From NCBI RefSeq assembly GCF_000315625.1, contig NW_005434672.1, positions 124,001 to 188,000 of the forward strand: a stretch of DNA of 64,000 nucleotides. Reading direction: 5' to 3'. A program made the translations under genes and the position numbers. The DNA is from Guillardia theta CCMP2712 (lineage: Eukaryota > Protista > Cryptophyta). The notes beneath the pieces are model-generated. The model had not been told where the DNA came from. It made no database searches and worked only from the letters and a program-made list of their open reading frames with translations. Shown here in pieces: positions 36,864-50,280 of the stretch (the first letter of the stretch is position 1; each line of letters starts with the position of its first letter).

Positions 36864-37341
36864 ACTAGTGGACCTGTGCTGTTAGATACTTGTGACAAGT
36901 ACATGTTGCTACAACAATCGTGATATTTTTATATCCGAACCTACTCGTCCTCCTCAACACAATCGCCCTCATCTTGCTCGCATTGAAAGGCGGGTTTCCT
37001 CGTGTTTGTTCTTAGCTGATTGTATCCATCAACGCTCGACACGTCAAGACGATTGTACGAGATCTTTTCCTAGTTCTTAGATGCTTGATCAGCGACTTCC
37101 AATTCGCACTTGTGTTGTTTCTCAGATAGTAGTTGGAATCATAGTCACAAGCTTCGTATTCCACAAAGTCTGATTTCATTCATTTTATGAGGTAAATAGG
37201 GGTGTATTGGATGAAGGCAAGTTGCTTTTTGAGTAATATTTTCGCGCTTTTCGAGAATTTTCATTGAGGAGTCAGAAGGAGGGTGAAAGTGATATGAGCT
37301 GAGGAATTTTAGACGGCACAAGTGTCATGATGTAACTTGGT

Positions 37342-39834
37342 TTATTGGGGAGTCGCGTTGGTTTTGAGCTGTTTTGCAGCATTTTCAGGGTACGGAGGAT
37401 ATACACGTTTGTACAAAGACATGCAGACTGTGTCCGAGTGTAAGATAGGAGCATCAAACAAACACTGTGAGCCGAGTCAAAAGGCAACACTTCCATCCAC
37501 CACCTTACCTTCATGTAGCCGTGAGTGCCTAGCGGCTCTCTTATCTGTCCTCGTCGACCTTCCTTGGTCCAGAGCTCGACGGGTTTGAACCACCGAACAT
37601 CCTCCGGGTTGTGGAACATGAATCTACAAGTCGCTTTTCTCTTGTGAATCTTATACGGAAGTCCCGTCAAGACGATTCGCTTCAGAACTATTCTGTTAGC
37701 GTTCGGGCCCAATGATTTGCCTGCGATCCACAAAATCATTATGGGCATGTCAAGAGGTCAACAGACGTACCTGTTGCCACTATGGTGAGTGCTCCGCTCT
37801 TTTGTCGCTTCAGCAGTAGAACAGGAGCTGCAACACGCAATCAATAATTGCAAGGTTTCTCTCGAGATGTCTTCACCTGGGGGCCAGATCGCCGGCGCGT
37901 ACATGGATGCTATGCACGTTCCTCGAGCTGGAAGGTACCGGAGAAGTTTGAACTTGTCACTGGCACGATACAGTCATGTTAGCAAGAGGGCAGGCAGAAG
38001 TCAATCGGAATGACCTGTTGTTTTTCTGCTCTGAATAGATTGGTCGGACCTCTATCCTCCTCATCCCGCACACAAGGATGAGTTGGTCTTTTCCCTTGAT
38101 GACATCTCCGTCTTCCTTGAAGCGATCGACAGAGCAGTTCATCAGCGTCATGTTGTTCTCATACTTGAGCAGCCCAACGACAACGAGGGCGTTATGGTTG
38201 TCCAGCAATCCTCTACAGTACGTGGCAACGGATTCGAACTCCTCCCGTGGCACTCGGAGCCAGAGGGTCACGTAAGAACCCACGTCGATTCCACCCATCT
38301 TGGCGTCAGCCAGAGCTCTTGCCTTGGAAGCGTTTGCATTCTTAAAGTGAGAGATCTTGGAGTAGTCACGAGGGAGATTTTCATTCGGGTCCCAGGGAGA
38401 AGACCTGAGGCTCTTGACGCCACGGTACTTCTGGAAGCGAGTGCGAGCAGGTACCTTGGAGTCGAGAGGAACATCGATCTCGTCGGGAAACATCTCGTTC
38501 TCTTTTGCCTCTTTCTTCAGGCGGAGAAACTCTTCCATCTCCTGCTGATCATGATCGTCCTCCTGCATGTCTTGATCGTCTTCGTCATCATCGTCCTCGA
38601 GAATCTCTTGTTCAGATTCTTCGTCCGATTCCTGACTTTCCCCATCTTCTCCCTCGTCCTCATTCTCATCGTCGGTATCTCCATTGCTTCCCTCATACTC
38701 GTCATCATTGTCTACGTACCAGGCAGCTTGATAAGATCCTGTGCCCTTCGGGACTTTCTTGACCTTTTTCTTGCCTTGCATCTCATCCTCGGTAGGCCAA
38801 GTTTGTTCCTGATCCATTTCATCCACTTCGTGCTCCATAACAAGAGAGTCCTGCTCTTCTGGATCAGGATAGACTGTGCTTTCTTCCTCCCCGCCCACTT
38901 CCTTCCCAGCTTTCCCTGATCTGTGGGGATCTCCATGGATCGTCAAATGGGAGGCTTGGAATGTCCCAAACGAAGGAATGTGAAACAACTTGTTTACATT
39001 CAAGGAGGCATTTTTAACATATCCTGTTATTCCAATCACAGGGTCTTTGCCCTGATCATCATTGTACGTGTGAAGCTTTTCTGCGAGAATCGAAGGTCGA
39101 TTGGACCAAGATGGACGAACAGGAATGCTGATGTTGCTCAGATGCCGTCGGACAGACAGTCGATCTACCGACGATCCACCGAACACCTTGACATCTCGAT
39201 TGAACATATTCTTCAGCTTTGCTCCCCAAACTTTGATGGGGGACTCATGTTTGGGGCCAACGTGCTCATTGAAGTTCTGGAGAACAGCTATGATCGTGGG
39301 GGGGATTCCATATGCTTTCAACAAGTTGATCAAGTGCAAAGACTTTGCGTCAACTTCTTCTTGTGCATCTACAACAAAGGCAACGACATCTGCAACAATC
39401 ATAATGTCCATCAGCATCACTGGGTCTGTTGGGGCGTCGATAGCTGACACCCAGTGCGCCGCTGTCTCGAGCTGTACAGTTACAAGGCCATGACTAGTAT
39501 CATCGTGCATCTCCTCGGAGTTCTTTTCCCTCAAGAGAACCTTTGCCTGTGATAAGTTCGCAGATTTTGTGATCTTCATGAAGACGCACAGACGAGGAGC
39601 TGATGAACCGTCCAGACCTCTTCGCGCGCTAAGAGCTTTCTTCCTTTGCTCGTTCACTGCTTGCCTTGCCTTGTTGATCCTCTCAGCTCTTCCTTTGGAG
39701 GAGGAGGAGGAGGAGGAGGCATTCTTTAGCTCGACACGGCCTGAGTTTGCCTTCTTGATGGCCTTCTTGGAAGGGCCCGACGACTTGAACGGCTTGTTCT
39801 TCTGCTTCAGCTGCGAGCGGTGGTGATGCTGCAT
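37342..39834 (-). CDS. TSR1: Pre-rRNA-processing protein TSR1 (Bms1/Tsr1 family)
   Basis: [96 protein letters not shown]. Confidence 0.95.
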
Positions 39835-39959
39835 GGCACGTGCGACTTCACATAAATTTTGCAGTAAACTATAACTTGAAAATTGAAATTTATTTCAAAC
39901 CAGCTGTCTTGCAAGTCCGCCTCAGAGTATTAAACACTTTTTCTTCATTGGTAGTACAC

Positions 39960-41320
39960 TTGTCTCCTACGGTACGTGCCTTCGATTGTTGAGCTTTATC
40001 CAGTGTTGGTCTTGCTTCAAAACTTCTCCACCGTTCAAGTTCTGCATCTGTTCTCTGATTCCCTCATTTCCTTCCTTGAATCTTTCAAAAGTTTCGACAA
40101 GAACAGTCAAGTCACTGAATCTCCTTCCTTCCGAGTTCCTGTTAGGTTTCCATATGCTCTCTGCTGAATTCTTCCAAAGCAGGATGTTTCTTCACACTGT
40201 CACCAAAATGCAATGGCTATCCATGCGTTCTCCAACGTTCCAAAATATTTTATGACGTTGATACCTGACACATTTGCATCTTTCCAACATGTATAGTACT
40301 ACGAGGATGAGACTTGACCGTACATTAGCGAGATCATCTACGACACTATTTAAGCCAGGAGAGGAACAGTTTCCGCTGCTCGATCTTCCTCTCTCTCTTC
40401 TACATTCGTCCCTTCATAAGTTATCTTGCTACTGCTGATACATAAACAAATCTAGATTCATTCTTCATTCTTCCAAGTGCACTTTGCTACGTTGTTGGAG
40501 CAAGTCCCACATCAGTATCTTCATACACCTGTTGATGCTCAGGGGATCTGGGGAAATTCTTTGGTGTGCGCATCCTTTCACTCTGGCGAACATCGTCCCC
40601 CGTCATTGCAAGCTTGCCACTGCCACTGCCTATCGCTATGAGATTGACGGCGACGTTTAGTAGCAACAACAATTCCGTCAAGCTTGCTCAGGCGTTGCTA
40701 TCAGTACTTCTCATTTCTACGCCCGGGTTACCAGGCAACCCACACTAGAATCGGTGCTTCAATTCATCCAGCATCCCTTCTGTATTAGGTGATGCTCGTC
40801 TAATCCTAAGTAAACAGCAGCGAAAGTCTCGAACTTGAAATATGAATCATAAACCCCTCCATTTGCCCACCCAGCTCTTCCTATAAGTGCCACTATTGTG
40901 GGCATTGGGTACTTCCACTTGCACAGACGGTGGCAGCGCCCTATACCGGAAGTAACTCGAGTCACTGGTGACCACAAACTTGGCTTGATGCCATTGATCG
41001 AACCTTTCTTGCAGAATATGTTCCTATCTCATCAGCTTTGATCCTCTAATATGTCATCATACTATCATTTCGCCAAGCCATGTGACGATACATGATTTCT
41101 GCGACATTACCAGAGCGACTCAAGAGATTCCAAAACAGGGATTTCAACAGAGAGCCTTGAAAACAAAATTTCCGGCTCTCTGCACACTATCCACGATGAA
41201 CAAAGGCATCGAAACAGTTCAAACGGCAGAGCTTCTTTCCCTATTTTCCAAACAAGCAAACATGGCCCCTTAGCTCTACAACAAAACGGAAGCATGACCC
41301 TCGTTGACCATAATTATTCA
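39960..41320 (-). CDS. Possible spliced hypothetical gene or relic
   Basis: Several short minus-strand ORFs of coding-like composition; no family recognised and no gene model built. Confidence 0.25.
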
Positions 41321-41334
41321 GAGCGATTAACTTT

Positions 41335-41770
41335 GGCCGTGATCAGGAGATTCGGATGACTGTCGGATGACCGCGATCAGGAGATTCGGATGACGTTCCG
41401 TCTGATGACTCTGATTACCGGAATTTTCCGAGTTTCCAGGAAAGCTGACGCCAGACGGTAACCTTTCAGTCTTGACTAAAAGTTAAGTTAAAAATCAGTA
41501 CGAGGACAATCAGGAGAGTTGAGGTGGCCCAGAACGAGCACCTGATTGTCCTCGTGCTGATTTTTAACTTAACTTTGAGTAAAGAAGTTAACGTGTTCTT
41601 TGACTCGAGTCATCGGAAGTTACCAGTACTAAAGTACTTCCCTGCCGGGCGCCGGCCGTCATCCAGGCAGCGAGTCCGAGGCTCCGGCGGGCCACTTGGG
41701 CTCGGAGACTCCGAGGCTCCGCGCGTACCAGCCGTAGACCGTTTCCGGCGTCGGTCCGATCCGCTATTAA
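41335..41770. other. GC-rich word-mosaic island 5 (contains the 45-bp hairpin)
   Basis: TCGGATGA x3, GACTCGAGTC, CGGCCG. Confidence 0.75.
41470..41585. repeat. 45-bp inverted repeat (hairpin/MITE-like) with 26-nt spacer
   Basis: 41470-41514 TCTTGACTAAAAGTTAAGTTAAAAATCAGTACGAGGACAATCAGG vs reverse complement of 41541-41585, 3 mismatches. Confidence 0.9.
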
Positions 41771-42055
41771 TATTTTATTATTGATTCAGGTCGGGGGATC
41801 AAGTGCCTCGAGTGATCTGGAAATAGGGTGATCTACTGGTCAGCAGAAAAAAAAGTTAAAAAAGAATACAAGTAGTTTTAATCGGTTCCATCCGCTGGCA
41901 GTAAGGTAACGGAGGGTGTTGCGAGGGAACCCATATCTGATATCTCATATCAGCGCTTTCTGTACACATCCCCTCGACCGATCATCGCGCTGCCGCACCT
42001 GTTGTGAACACCTGAAGACCCAACTACTTGTCTTTATCCAAGATTAGATCACATC

Positions 42056-42634
42056 ATGATTCAGATCGCCGGAAGAATCTGTTGCACATGGAATGAGGAA
42101 GGCAGTATGAATGAACCAGTCGACTACGGAGAGGAGGAAGCGAATGTTCGATGCATCGACCTCACATCCTTGAAGCCAGGAGACATCTTTTATGATCATT
42201 TCTGGCATGAGCGATTCTTTGTCATACCCGAGCAAACCGAAGAGCCTCAAGCATTTCAGAACGACCGACTCCATTGCTCTGTTCCGAGCAAAGTTGCAAC
42301 TGAAGCTGACAAAACTACGTCGATGAGTTCTGCAACGAGCCCGTCTTCTCCGAGCATCCATAGCAAGAATCCGATGGCAAATGACCGGCCCAAACACTGG
42401 AGCGAAGAGGAGCATAGACTTTTCCTGAAAGGACTAGAACTCTTCTGTCAGTTCAAGTCCGTGCCATACAACGAAGACGGGACCTTGTTCGTCGGACTAG
42501 GAACTGGTGTGGCAGAGAAGATTGCAAAGCTAGTGAGGACACGATCGCCGTTGCAAGTCAGATCACATGCTCAGAAATACTTCCAAAAGTTGATCCGCAA
42601 TATGAAACGAGACGCCAAAAAACTGGGGAAATAA
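42056..42634 (+). CDS. Single-repeat Myb (SHAQKYF class) transcription factor, intronless
   Basis: WSEEEHRLFLKGLELF...KIAKLVRTRSPLQVRSHAQKYFQKL. Confidence 0.92.
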   Translation: MIQIAGRICCTWNEEGSMNEPVDYGEEEANVRCIDLTSLKPGDIFYDHFWHERFFVIPEQTEEPQAFQNDRLHCSVPSKVATEADKTTSMSSATSPSSPSIHSKNPMANDRPKHWSEEEHRLFLKGLELFCQFKSVPYNEDGTLFVGLGTGVAEKIAKLVRTRSPLQVRSHAQKYFQKLIRNMKRDAKKLGK

Positions 42635-43359
42635 GCTGTCTGTCATTTTCTTGTAGTCTGTTGATGCCACCCCTGAATTAGCTTCGTTGTACAAACAATT
42701 CGTAAATCTTCTTGCTGTACCACCCGCATGCGACCCGATGCGGTGCTTTGAATTTGTTGAGACAGTAGACTAAAACATAATGATTTGTTTGTCTTTCCGT
42801 CTGTGGGTCTGGACCGAGGGATGCTCCTTTGCAAGGCTGTTTCTGTTAGCCTGCAATGAAAACGATGGACATCATAGATGTGCCAAGGATTGAGCGACAG
42901 GATGTACTTATTAATTACGACAACACTCTTGTGATCTTTTGTACAACAAGATTGAATTTTGCTCTGCACGAGTGAATTGCAACAGGATGAAGCTTCTCGC
43001 ATCTAATCATTATCGTTCGGATCACGGTGGAGGCAACTGCAGTAGGGCATCTGTTGCCAAGAGCCATGCCACCGTCACATTGTCACATCTAGACGTTTCA
43101 CCAAGGATCGCAGACATTTACAGCAAGCGCACAAGCCCCTGATCAGAACACGCCGGCAGCAGGTGCTCGAAGTGATGCGGCTGGAACAACGTTCCAGCCT
43201 GCTTCTCGATACGGCGATCATCGGATCGTTCGAGAGCATGAGTCGGACGAGTGTCAGGTCCGTCAGAGACCGCCTCGGTCGGAATAATTTGAAGCCTGAG
43301 GCTGGACATCACATGAGCTCAGACTGAGAGGCTGTCATAGTGGCAAAACGCCACTGGTA

Positions 43360-44070
43360 TCATGGCATGACTCGTGACTCTAACCTTGCAAACTGTCCGA
43401 TGAGCGGCCAGAGCCAAGACCAGAGACACGGTAGCCGCTGAGCTTCTGAGTTGAACTCAGGCACCGTGCACGGTGGCGTCACCGTGGCTCGGACGGACTA
43501 CTCAGTGACCGTACAGTGACTACCTCCCGGACGACGAGTGCCGCGGCCCGGCCGGTCGGCCAACACTGCCGGGCTCAGCTGGCCCGCCCGCCGGGCCGGC
43601 GCGGCGTCCGAGTCACTCGGAGCCTCGGAGGCGAGTCGCCGCCGGCACCCCACCGTGACCGCCGCCGCGCCGCGGGCGGGGTCGCCGGACTCCCCACTGA
43701 GCCTCGGAGGCCGCTCAGAGCCCCTCAGCGGCGCCTAGTACCGGGTCAAGTCAGATCCGACGAGCCTCACACGGAGGGCCCCGCCGCCACGGCCGGCCGG
43801 GCGTGCCGGGCGGCTGTGGGCCCCCCGGTGCCCGTGGCCCCGGGCACCGTGACCTGAGGGCGGCCGCTCGGACGCCGTCGCCGCGCCCGGCCCGGCGCTC
43901 TGCGGGTGACTGAGCCTCCGCCGAGCGCGGCGGCCGGGCCGCAAGTTCCGACTCGAGTCGGACGGTGCCATCATTGAACTTACCGTACGCCGCCGAAGGC
44001 TTCGGAACTGAATGAGACGCGGCCTTCCGACCGGACTGAGTCCGATCACTGCGGCAGTTGACTTATAAGT
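43360..44070. other. GC-rich word-mosaic island 6
   Basis: GTCACCGTG, GACCGTAC, GAGTCACTC, CCGACTCGAGTCGG, CTTCGGAA. Confidence 0.85.
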
Positions 44071-44074
44071 CTAT

Positions 44075-44120
44075 CTCCTGATGGTCCTCGTACTGATTTT
44101 TAACTTAACTTTGAGTAAAG
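44075..44120. repeat. Third, solo copy of the 45-bp motif
   Basis: CTCCTGATGGTCCTCGTACTGATTTTTAACTTAACTTTGAGTAAAG. Confidence 0.9.
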
Positions 44121-44137
44121 GACGAGGTTCTCATTGA

Positions 44138-44591
44138 ATGATCCGCCATGGCATCAGACGCGCCAGCCGCTTCCTCACACCCGGAAGAAACGAAATCGCA
44201 GGTGAGGGGAGAGGGAGAGGAGAGGAGGAGGAGATGTTGAGTGAAGGAGAATAGATGTCAATAGGGAGGAAGAGAGCAAGAACACGGGCAGAGATGTGTG
44301 CAAAGCAAGTCGTTGTGTTTGTGGAGGTATCCGTCATCAACGAGGAAGACAGCGGATACTTTGTCGTGACCTTGTGGACTTGTTTGCGCTGAATTTATGA
44401 TGGAGCAGCAGGAGCGATGTGGCGAAGAAGCTATGAGTCTCCTCAATTGCCTGGTCCAAGGGAAGGAGGATTGCACAAAGTACATGGAATCCTTCAAGAA
44501 ATGCGCAAGGAAAGCAAAACTGAAACAATTTCTTTTGGTGGAAGAATGCCCGTCACCAAGCAAACCCACAAAGCAGGAAGGACACACATGA
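44138..44591 (+). CDS. Twin CX9C (CHCH) protein, probably mitochondrial intermembrane space; 5' exons uncertain
   Basis: C-GEEAMSLLN-C and C-TKYMESFKK-C spacing in ORF 44397..44591; upstream ATG 44138 gives Arg-rich MIRHGIRRASRFL. Confidence 0.65.
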
Positions 44592-44659
44592 GTAAGAACT
44601 CCTGCTGCTTCCCTCTCGACTCTCTTTGCCTCGCTTGCGACTGGAGTGTGGGCGGTCGG

Positions 44660-45830
44660 ATGAGCGTTCGTTTGCTGCACAGCAGTGGTAGGAGAGACAA
44701 GGTTGTCATGGTCAAGAACGAGGAGGTGATAGCAAGCTCAGCATCGGTGCTCGAATATCTGTCTCTGGTGAAGGGCAACCGAGGCAGGATGGGAAGTATG
44801 CGGTATCGGTGGGTACGCAATGTCGGCAGTAAATCTTTCCGTCTGCAAGAAATTGTCGACCGCTTGGCCAAGGACGTTTTCTATGACATCAACAAGTGCG
44901 ATGGAGATGTGAGTTCTGAAATCAAGCGAAATATTTCTGATCACTGTGTAGAATCTCAGCTCCGCTGAGAGAGCTTCGTTGCTGGCGAGGCAGGGTGTCT
45001 TAGCTTACATCTGCGAGCCGGTGAGAGCTGCTATGAGGTCTGTTGACGAGGTTTTGCTGACTTTTTGAAAAGAATTCTCTGAGAGACATTCTGGAGCACA
45101 ACATCACGATTGCACACAATGAGCTGCAAGAAAGAATGCAACATGTTGTGGGCGATAAGGAGAGCAAAGATGAGTCTACAGTTATGATCTGTTTGTCCTG
45201 GGGCACAGCTCCCGATCAGGCCGGCGGAAGGTAAAGAGGATAGAAGTAGAATGCAGGAGTGACATCAAGGTCATGCATGCTGTTGACAGGTCGGCGGAGA
45301 GGAAGTATGTTGATGTCGTCGTTCACATGTCTGCCCAAGAAATCTTCGGTAAGGGAAAGAGATTCGCATTGCTCTGGTTGAATGTCTCGGAAGATGATGA
45401 CCAAACTTTCGTCCGTATTGTCAAACCGAGCAAGAAGAAGACTGTTCATGACAGGCATGTTCATGTCTTGATGTTCGAATCGTGTTTCAACAATATCTTA
45501 ATGCGAACTCGCTGCTATCAACGAATGATGTTCAAAAGTTGAAGTGTTGATGTCATGATGAACCTGACGGTAGGAACTCTACGAGCTCGGCAAGAGCAGG
45601 GAAGAAAGAAAGTGAGATAACAATCATGGTGAGCGAGAGGCAAGACGACGGTAGTCGCTCATGTTTGTCCAGGCCACCTCGGAAGGAAGGCTGGAAGAAC
45701 ACGATTTCGCTCAGCTTGTGGTGAATTACATGCGATCTTCTTTCCTTCGTCATTGCTCCGCAGGTTGTCAGAGGGAAGGAAGTCATTGCTTCTGAAGAAA
45801 TCTCGACGGACGTGGTTGATGTTTGACACA
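44660..45830 (+). CDS. Hypothetical multi-exon protein
   Basis: Coding-like ORF segments (44660-44909, 45290-45460) separated by short GT-AG introns. Confidence 0.45.
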
Positions 45831-46269
45831 AGGTCGGTTGGAGGTTGTTGATATCACCCGCAGATCTGCGAGATGGCGGCGATGGAGTTTGCTAAGCGAG
45901 GATACACCCTTGTTCGCTGTCGCCTCCTCGTCGATGATATCCTAGGGGTCAGTCCACTGTTTGCCGGCTGTGCTGAGAGGCTGCGAGCAGGCTGACGAAG
46001 TCTTCGTGGTCGGGTCGCTTCCTCTGTGCTCGTCGGTGTCGCGGGTGGAGGTGAGAGGGCGAGGAAGGAGGGAGACGAGAGCCTGATGCCTCATCAGGTG
46101 GAGGGAGGAGATGCAGGAGACGTTTGGGAGAGAAAGCAGAAAACTTCGCTCAGTCAGTCCGTGAAAGAGAGTCTGAGGGAGGCAATGCTTGCGCAAACAA
46201 CTTGAAGACGGTGCGATGGAGTAGGAGGAGTATTGATAGGAAAGAGTCGCACGAACAAGCCTCTTATCT

Positions 46270-49200
46270 CTATACTGCCACCGAGTCACTGACAGGCTTC
46301 GCTTCCTCCTCCTCCCTCTTCCCTCGTCGTCCGTGCAATCGCGGGATACTCGACCTCGAGCTCTTGACACGCGCTGACGTGACGCCGCTCGGCTCCTCCT
46401 CGTTATGCCGCGGAGGAGGAGGGAGGGCAGCAGCCTCTGGCTTTCTCACCCTCATCTTCTCTGCACCTCCTGTCGGAGATTTCACTCGAGCTGCTGCCCC
46501 TCGTTCTCCTCGCCCTCTCTCCTGCCCCCCCGCGCTTGCTCTGTGCTTCCCTTCGCTCACGTTTTCAGCCGCCCGATTGGAAGAGGATCGACCAGCTTCC
46601 TGCGCTCCCTTGTGATGAGCAGCAGGGGCCGGAGCTCTCCCCTGGCTCCTCGACGGGACGTCCTCCTGTTCATCCTCTCCGTCCTCCTCTTCCTCGTAGA
46701 CCATCCGGCGATTGTTCCCTCCTCCTCTCCCCGTCCACTTTCTTGATCTTTCCTTCTCCCCAATGGGAATGGCGATCACCCCCGAGGTCCTGCGGCAGCA
46801 CGTCAGATCCCACCACAGGCCCCTCAGACACGCACGTGGTTGAAGCCGGCTCGACCTGCTGCTCAGCAAAGTCATTCAGCGAGAGTCAGGCGGAAGAAGG
46901 AGAGGAGGCGAAGAGGTGGAACGGAGAGGACGACAGCAGGGTGCAAAGAGAACGAGCTAACCTTGAGCGACCAGCCCACTGACGCGCTGACCCTTGCCTC
47001 CTCCTCAATCTCATCTTCCTCATCTTCTCCATCCCGCCTGTTGGCTCTGTCCCGCTGCTTCCTCCTCGCCGCGCTGTTCCTCTGCAGTAACTTTTCTTCC
47101 ACAATCTCCCCATACTGACACACAATCAGCTTCCCTTCCTCCCTCCTCGTTCCTCACCGTCCGCGACTGACTCGCGACTTCCTTGTTCGTCCTCTCCGGG
47201 TAGTAGCTGACGTGATGAGCTCCCTTTGCTGGCAAAAACGGCGAGTCCTCCATGGACGACGAGCTCGCAGTCTCCTGCACGCTCGCTGCTGTGCTGTTAG
47301 CGAGCTGAAGACGACAGAGGAAGCAACAGAATTGATGGATGACTTAGAAGAGGGAAGAAAGAAGAGATGAGAGGGAGAGATGAGATTGACGAAGGAAGGG
47401 AGGGGAGGGAGGGAGGGAGGGAGGGAGGGAGGGAGACAATCGAACCTTCTGACTCAGGAAGGATATTGATTGCAACATCATCAGCTGCTGAGTTTGTCGA
47501 AGGAATTCCGTCGAACTGAATGTTCCAGATGCAAACGTGCCGGTCTGACGTCTGAACACTCAGGATGAGTTCCGACAGAGTGTTAGATGGAAGGATGTGA
47601 GATCAGTTTCTCAGGCTACCAAATTTCCTTTCTAATTTCCTTTCTAATTTCCTTTCTAGTCTCCTATCCTTTGAGCCCCTCCTTACACTTGTCCAATTTG
47701 CTCATCAACAATGGTTTACGATCTAGCTCCACCTTGCACTACTTCTTACCGTAGAGAAATAATCGCTCTCGTTCGCAAAGAAAACTCCATGCACTTTGTC
47801 CACGTGCCCACCAGGAAGCCTACAGTATCCCAAGTCAACCGTTCTCATGACTATAATGCGTTTCTCACCTCTTGATAGCCAAAGTATCAGCATAAAGATT
47901 GTTGTTGGCAAATCCCACCAGCACCAGAGACAAACACGACCCGTTTTTCTGGTGATCTTCGCTACCAACCCCGGACAAGCTGGAGGCGAGGTACCTGAGC
48001 TACAAGTAAATCGCTCCTTCCAACAATCCTCCGTCTTCAAACCTCAGAGTCCCTAGAGCAAAGCGAGATGTGCTTGACTTCTGCTGTGAGTGTCAGAATG
48101 CGAATCAAGGTCACCGTTCACGGCCGTCTCTTACTTCTCCTTTCGTTACCACGACCAACCTTCCCTCTCCTCCTCCTCCTCCTCCTCCTCCTCACACGCC
48201 TTGACCCCTCTTCCTTGCTCTTGTTAGGCATAATCGAAACTCATCATCGCCTGGTCTACTTCATCAAGTACATTGCTCATGTCCCCACACAACCACACGT
48301 TCATCACAACTTACTACGAACATGAAGACAAGCAGCAAACTTACCTTCTTCTCCTTAGACGTGTCAACCGAGGCAAAGAGCAGGTGACCTGTCCGAGGGA
48401 GCAGCCGAAACCCCAAGATCCTCCCGAGGTCACCATCGACTAGCTGGACGCAAGAAGAGCTGTTACAGTCCCACAGCCGGAAGCTGCTGTCGTCGGCAAA
48501 CGAGCACAACATCTGGGCCCGCACGGGATGAAACGCCAGCTGCTTGATGGCTCCCTTATGCCCTTTTAGCTTGTTCCTGCCACTCTTCTGCCCTGTCGTC
48601 AGCACGAAGATCGTCCCTTTCCCTGAGCCACAAGCCACAAACTCATTCTGGGTTGAGTCGTCTTGTTTCAGCGCGATGCAGACAACGTTGTTGGAGAAGT
48701 CCTGATAAGTGAACGCACATCTTCCGTCCATCACTCGCCATCGCTTCATCGTGCCGTCATATGAACCACTGAGCAGAAACCGCCCCTTGCTATCGAAGTG
48801 CACGCACGATACCAACTCTTCGTGCCCCTCCAGCGTCACGAGGCAACTCCCGTCCCCTGTGTTCCACAATTTGATCGTCGAGTCCATGGAGCCGGTGGCA
48901 ACCATATCTCCTTTCGGAGAGAACGCGCACGACACGACTCTCCTGATGTGTCCTCGGAGCGTGATGCTGCTGGCATCTGAGATACTCCATAGTTTGGTGA
49001 ACCCGTCCTCGGAAGATGTCACGAAGAAGTTACCCTGCTCGTCCATCCATGACAGTGAGTGAGGATCACACTCAGCCCTTGCATTTCGTTCTATCTCCAT
49101 GTTCCACGTGATCAAGCTCTTCTGTCAAAATTGCATGCAAAGCTGATCAGCAGGATACAACTTGACACCCTGCTCTCCGTCCCTCGCATTTCCAGCTTAA

Positions 49201-49394
49201 CAAGGACCTGTGCACACCAACCGATCAGTGCGTGATTAGAGCAGTAACAAAAATAACAAGATATCAGGGAATTTCCCCTTTCCTCTCTCCGGCTTCTCAA
49301 TCCCATCCTTGTAACAATCGACACAAGGGATTGAGCAATCGCTACAAACGTTTCTGCGTTGCCTCACATGCAATTTATCAAGTTCCCTTATCAT
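46270..49394 (-). CDS. WD40-repeat protein with low-complexity C-terminal tail, multi-exon
   Basis: LRGHIRRVVSCAFSPKGDMVATGSMDSTIKLWN, LEGHEELVSCVHF..LLSGSYDGTMKRWR, LKGHKGAIKQLAFHP..SFRLWD. Confidence 0.85.
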
Positions 49395-49779
49395 CTTTTC
49401 TTCCTCCTTCCACGTGCATAGTCTGAACCTCGTAGCTCTCTCCTCCTCCTCGACCCTCTCCCCGTCCAATCTTGTGTTTCCCTTCCACCATGAAACGCCA
49501 CCGCACAACTTGATGCCGTCCGGTAGTGCTGTACCCTACCCCCGTGTACTACCACCACCCTCAATGGGATTCCACATGCAAATCTGCATGAAAGAGATGT
49601 GAAGGCTAAGGGGTATACCCAATTTGTATAGGTATATAACTATAAAATACCTTATGATTATGTATCATCGAACACCTACTCCTCGAAATGTTGATTGTGA
49701 TGTACCCCGACCCCCATTACTGTCAACCACCACCTGGTGTTAGTTGTAGCATTCGAAACAACCCGCCTCAGGGTACAAT

Positions 49780-49970
49780 TCGGTGACCCGGCGGGCCGGC
49801 GGGCCCGGACTCGGTCCGAGTACTGAGTTCCGAAGTTCGGCCCATCCGTTGGAGCATTTTTACTCAATACCCGCTAGTCGGGTAGTAATGCCATGATCAT
49901 GATGGCGTACGGTAGGCTGGAACTTATCCTGGCATGGCAGACACCGTACCAGACATCGGGCGGCAGTAGG
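49780..49970. other. GC-rich word-mosaic island 7 (small)
   Basis: TTCCGAAGTT at 49828, CATGATCATG, CGTACGGT. Confidence 0.7.
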
Positions 49971-50280
49971 CTTCATCATGCACTGCAACATCAGTGATTT
50001 CTTCATGGCAATTCAAAACTGAAATAAGTCGGTAGTTACGCAACTTGATCTCAGCCACAGAAACAAATGTGACTAGAACTATGCTGATTGTGAAGCCTTT
50101 ACAAACTTCATGATTAGCTATTGTTTCTGACCGTGAGAAATAGCTGTTATTGAGTTTGCAACTTCGAGTAAAAGAGTTTTCAGCCTGGTGGTTTCACATC
50201 AGTGCCGCTGCTGAGATATCTTATTGCAGTTCGATATTTCCTGCTCTGACATTTGAGCACCATAATTCCAGCTACTTGTG

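Noticed and set aside
38083-39826. Long + strand ORFs over TSR1 (and 61211-61957 over PGK)
   Set aside because: Antisense shadows of strongly biased real CDSs
43516-44049. R/P/A/G-rich ORFs in GC islands (also 23274-23719, 56184-56902)
   Set aside because: Expected from stop-poor GC-rich DNA; no domains or coding-like codon bias
41470-44120. Definite Pack-type transposon carrying Myb
   Set aside because: No target-site duplication or transposase seen; kept only as a hypothesis
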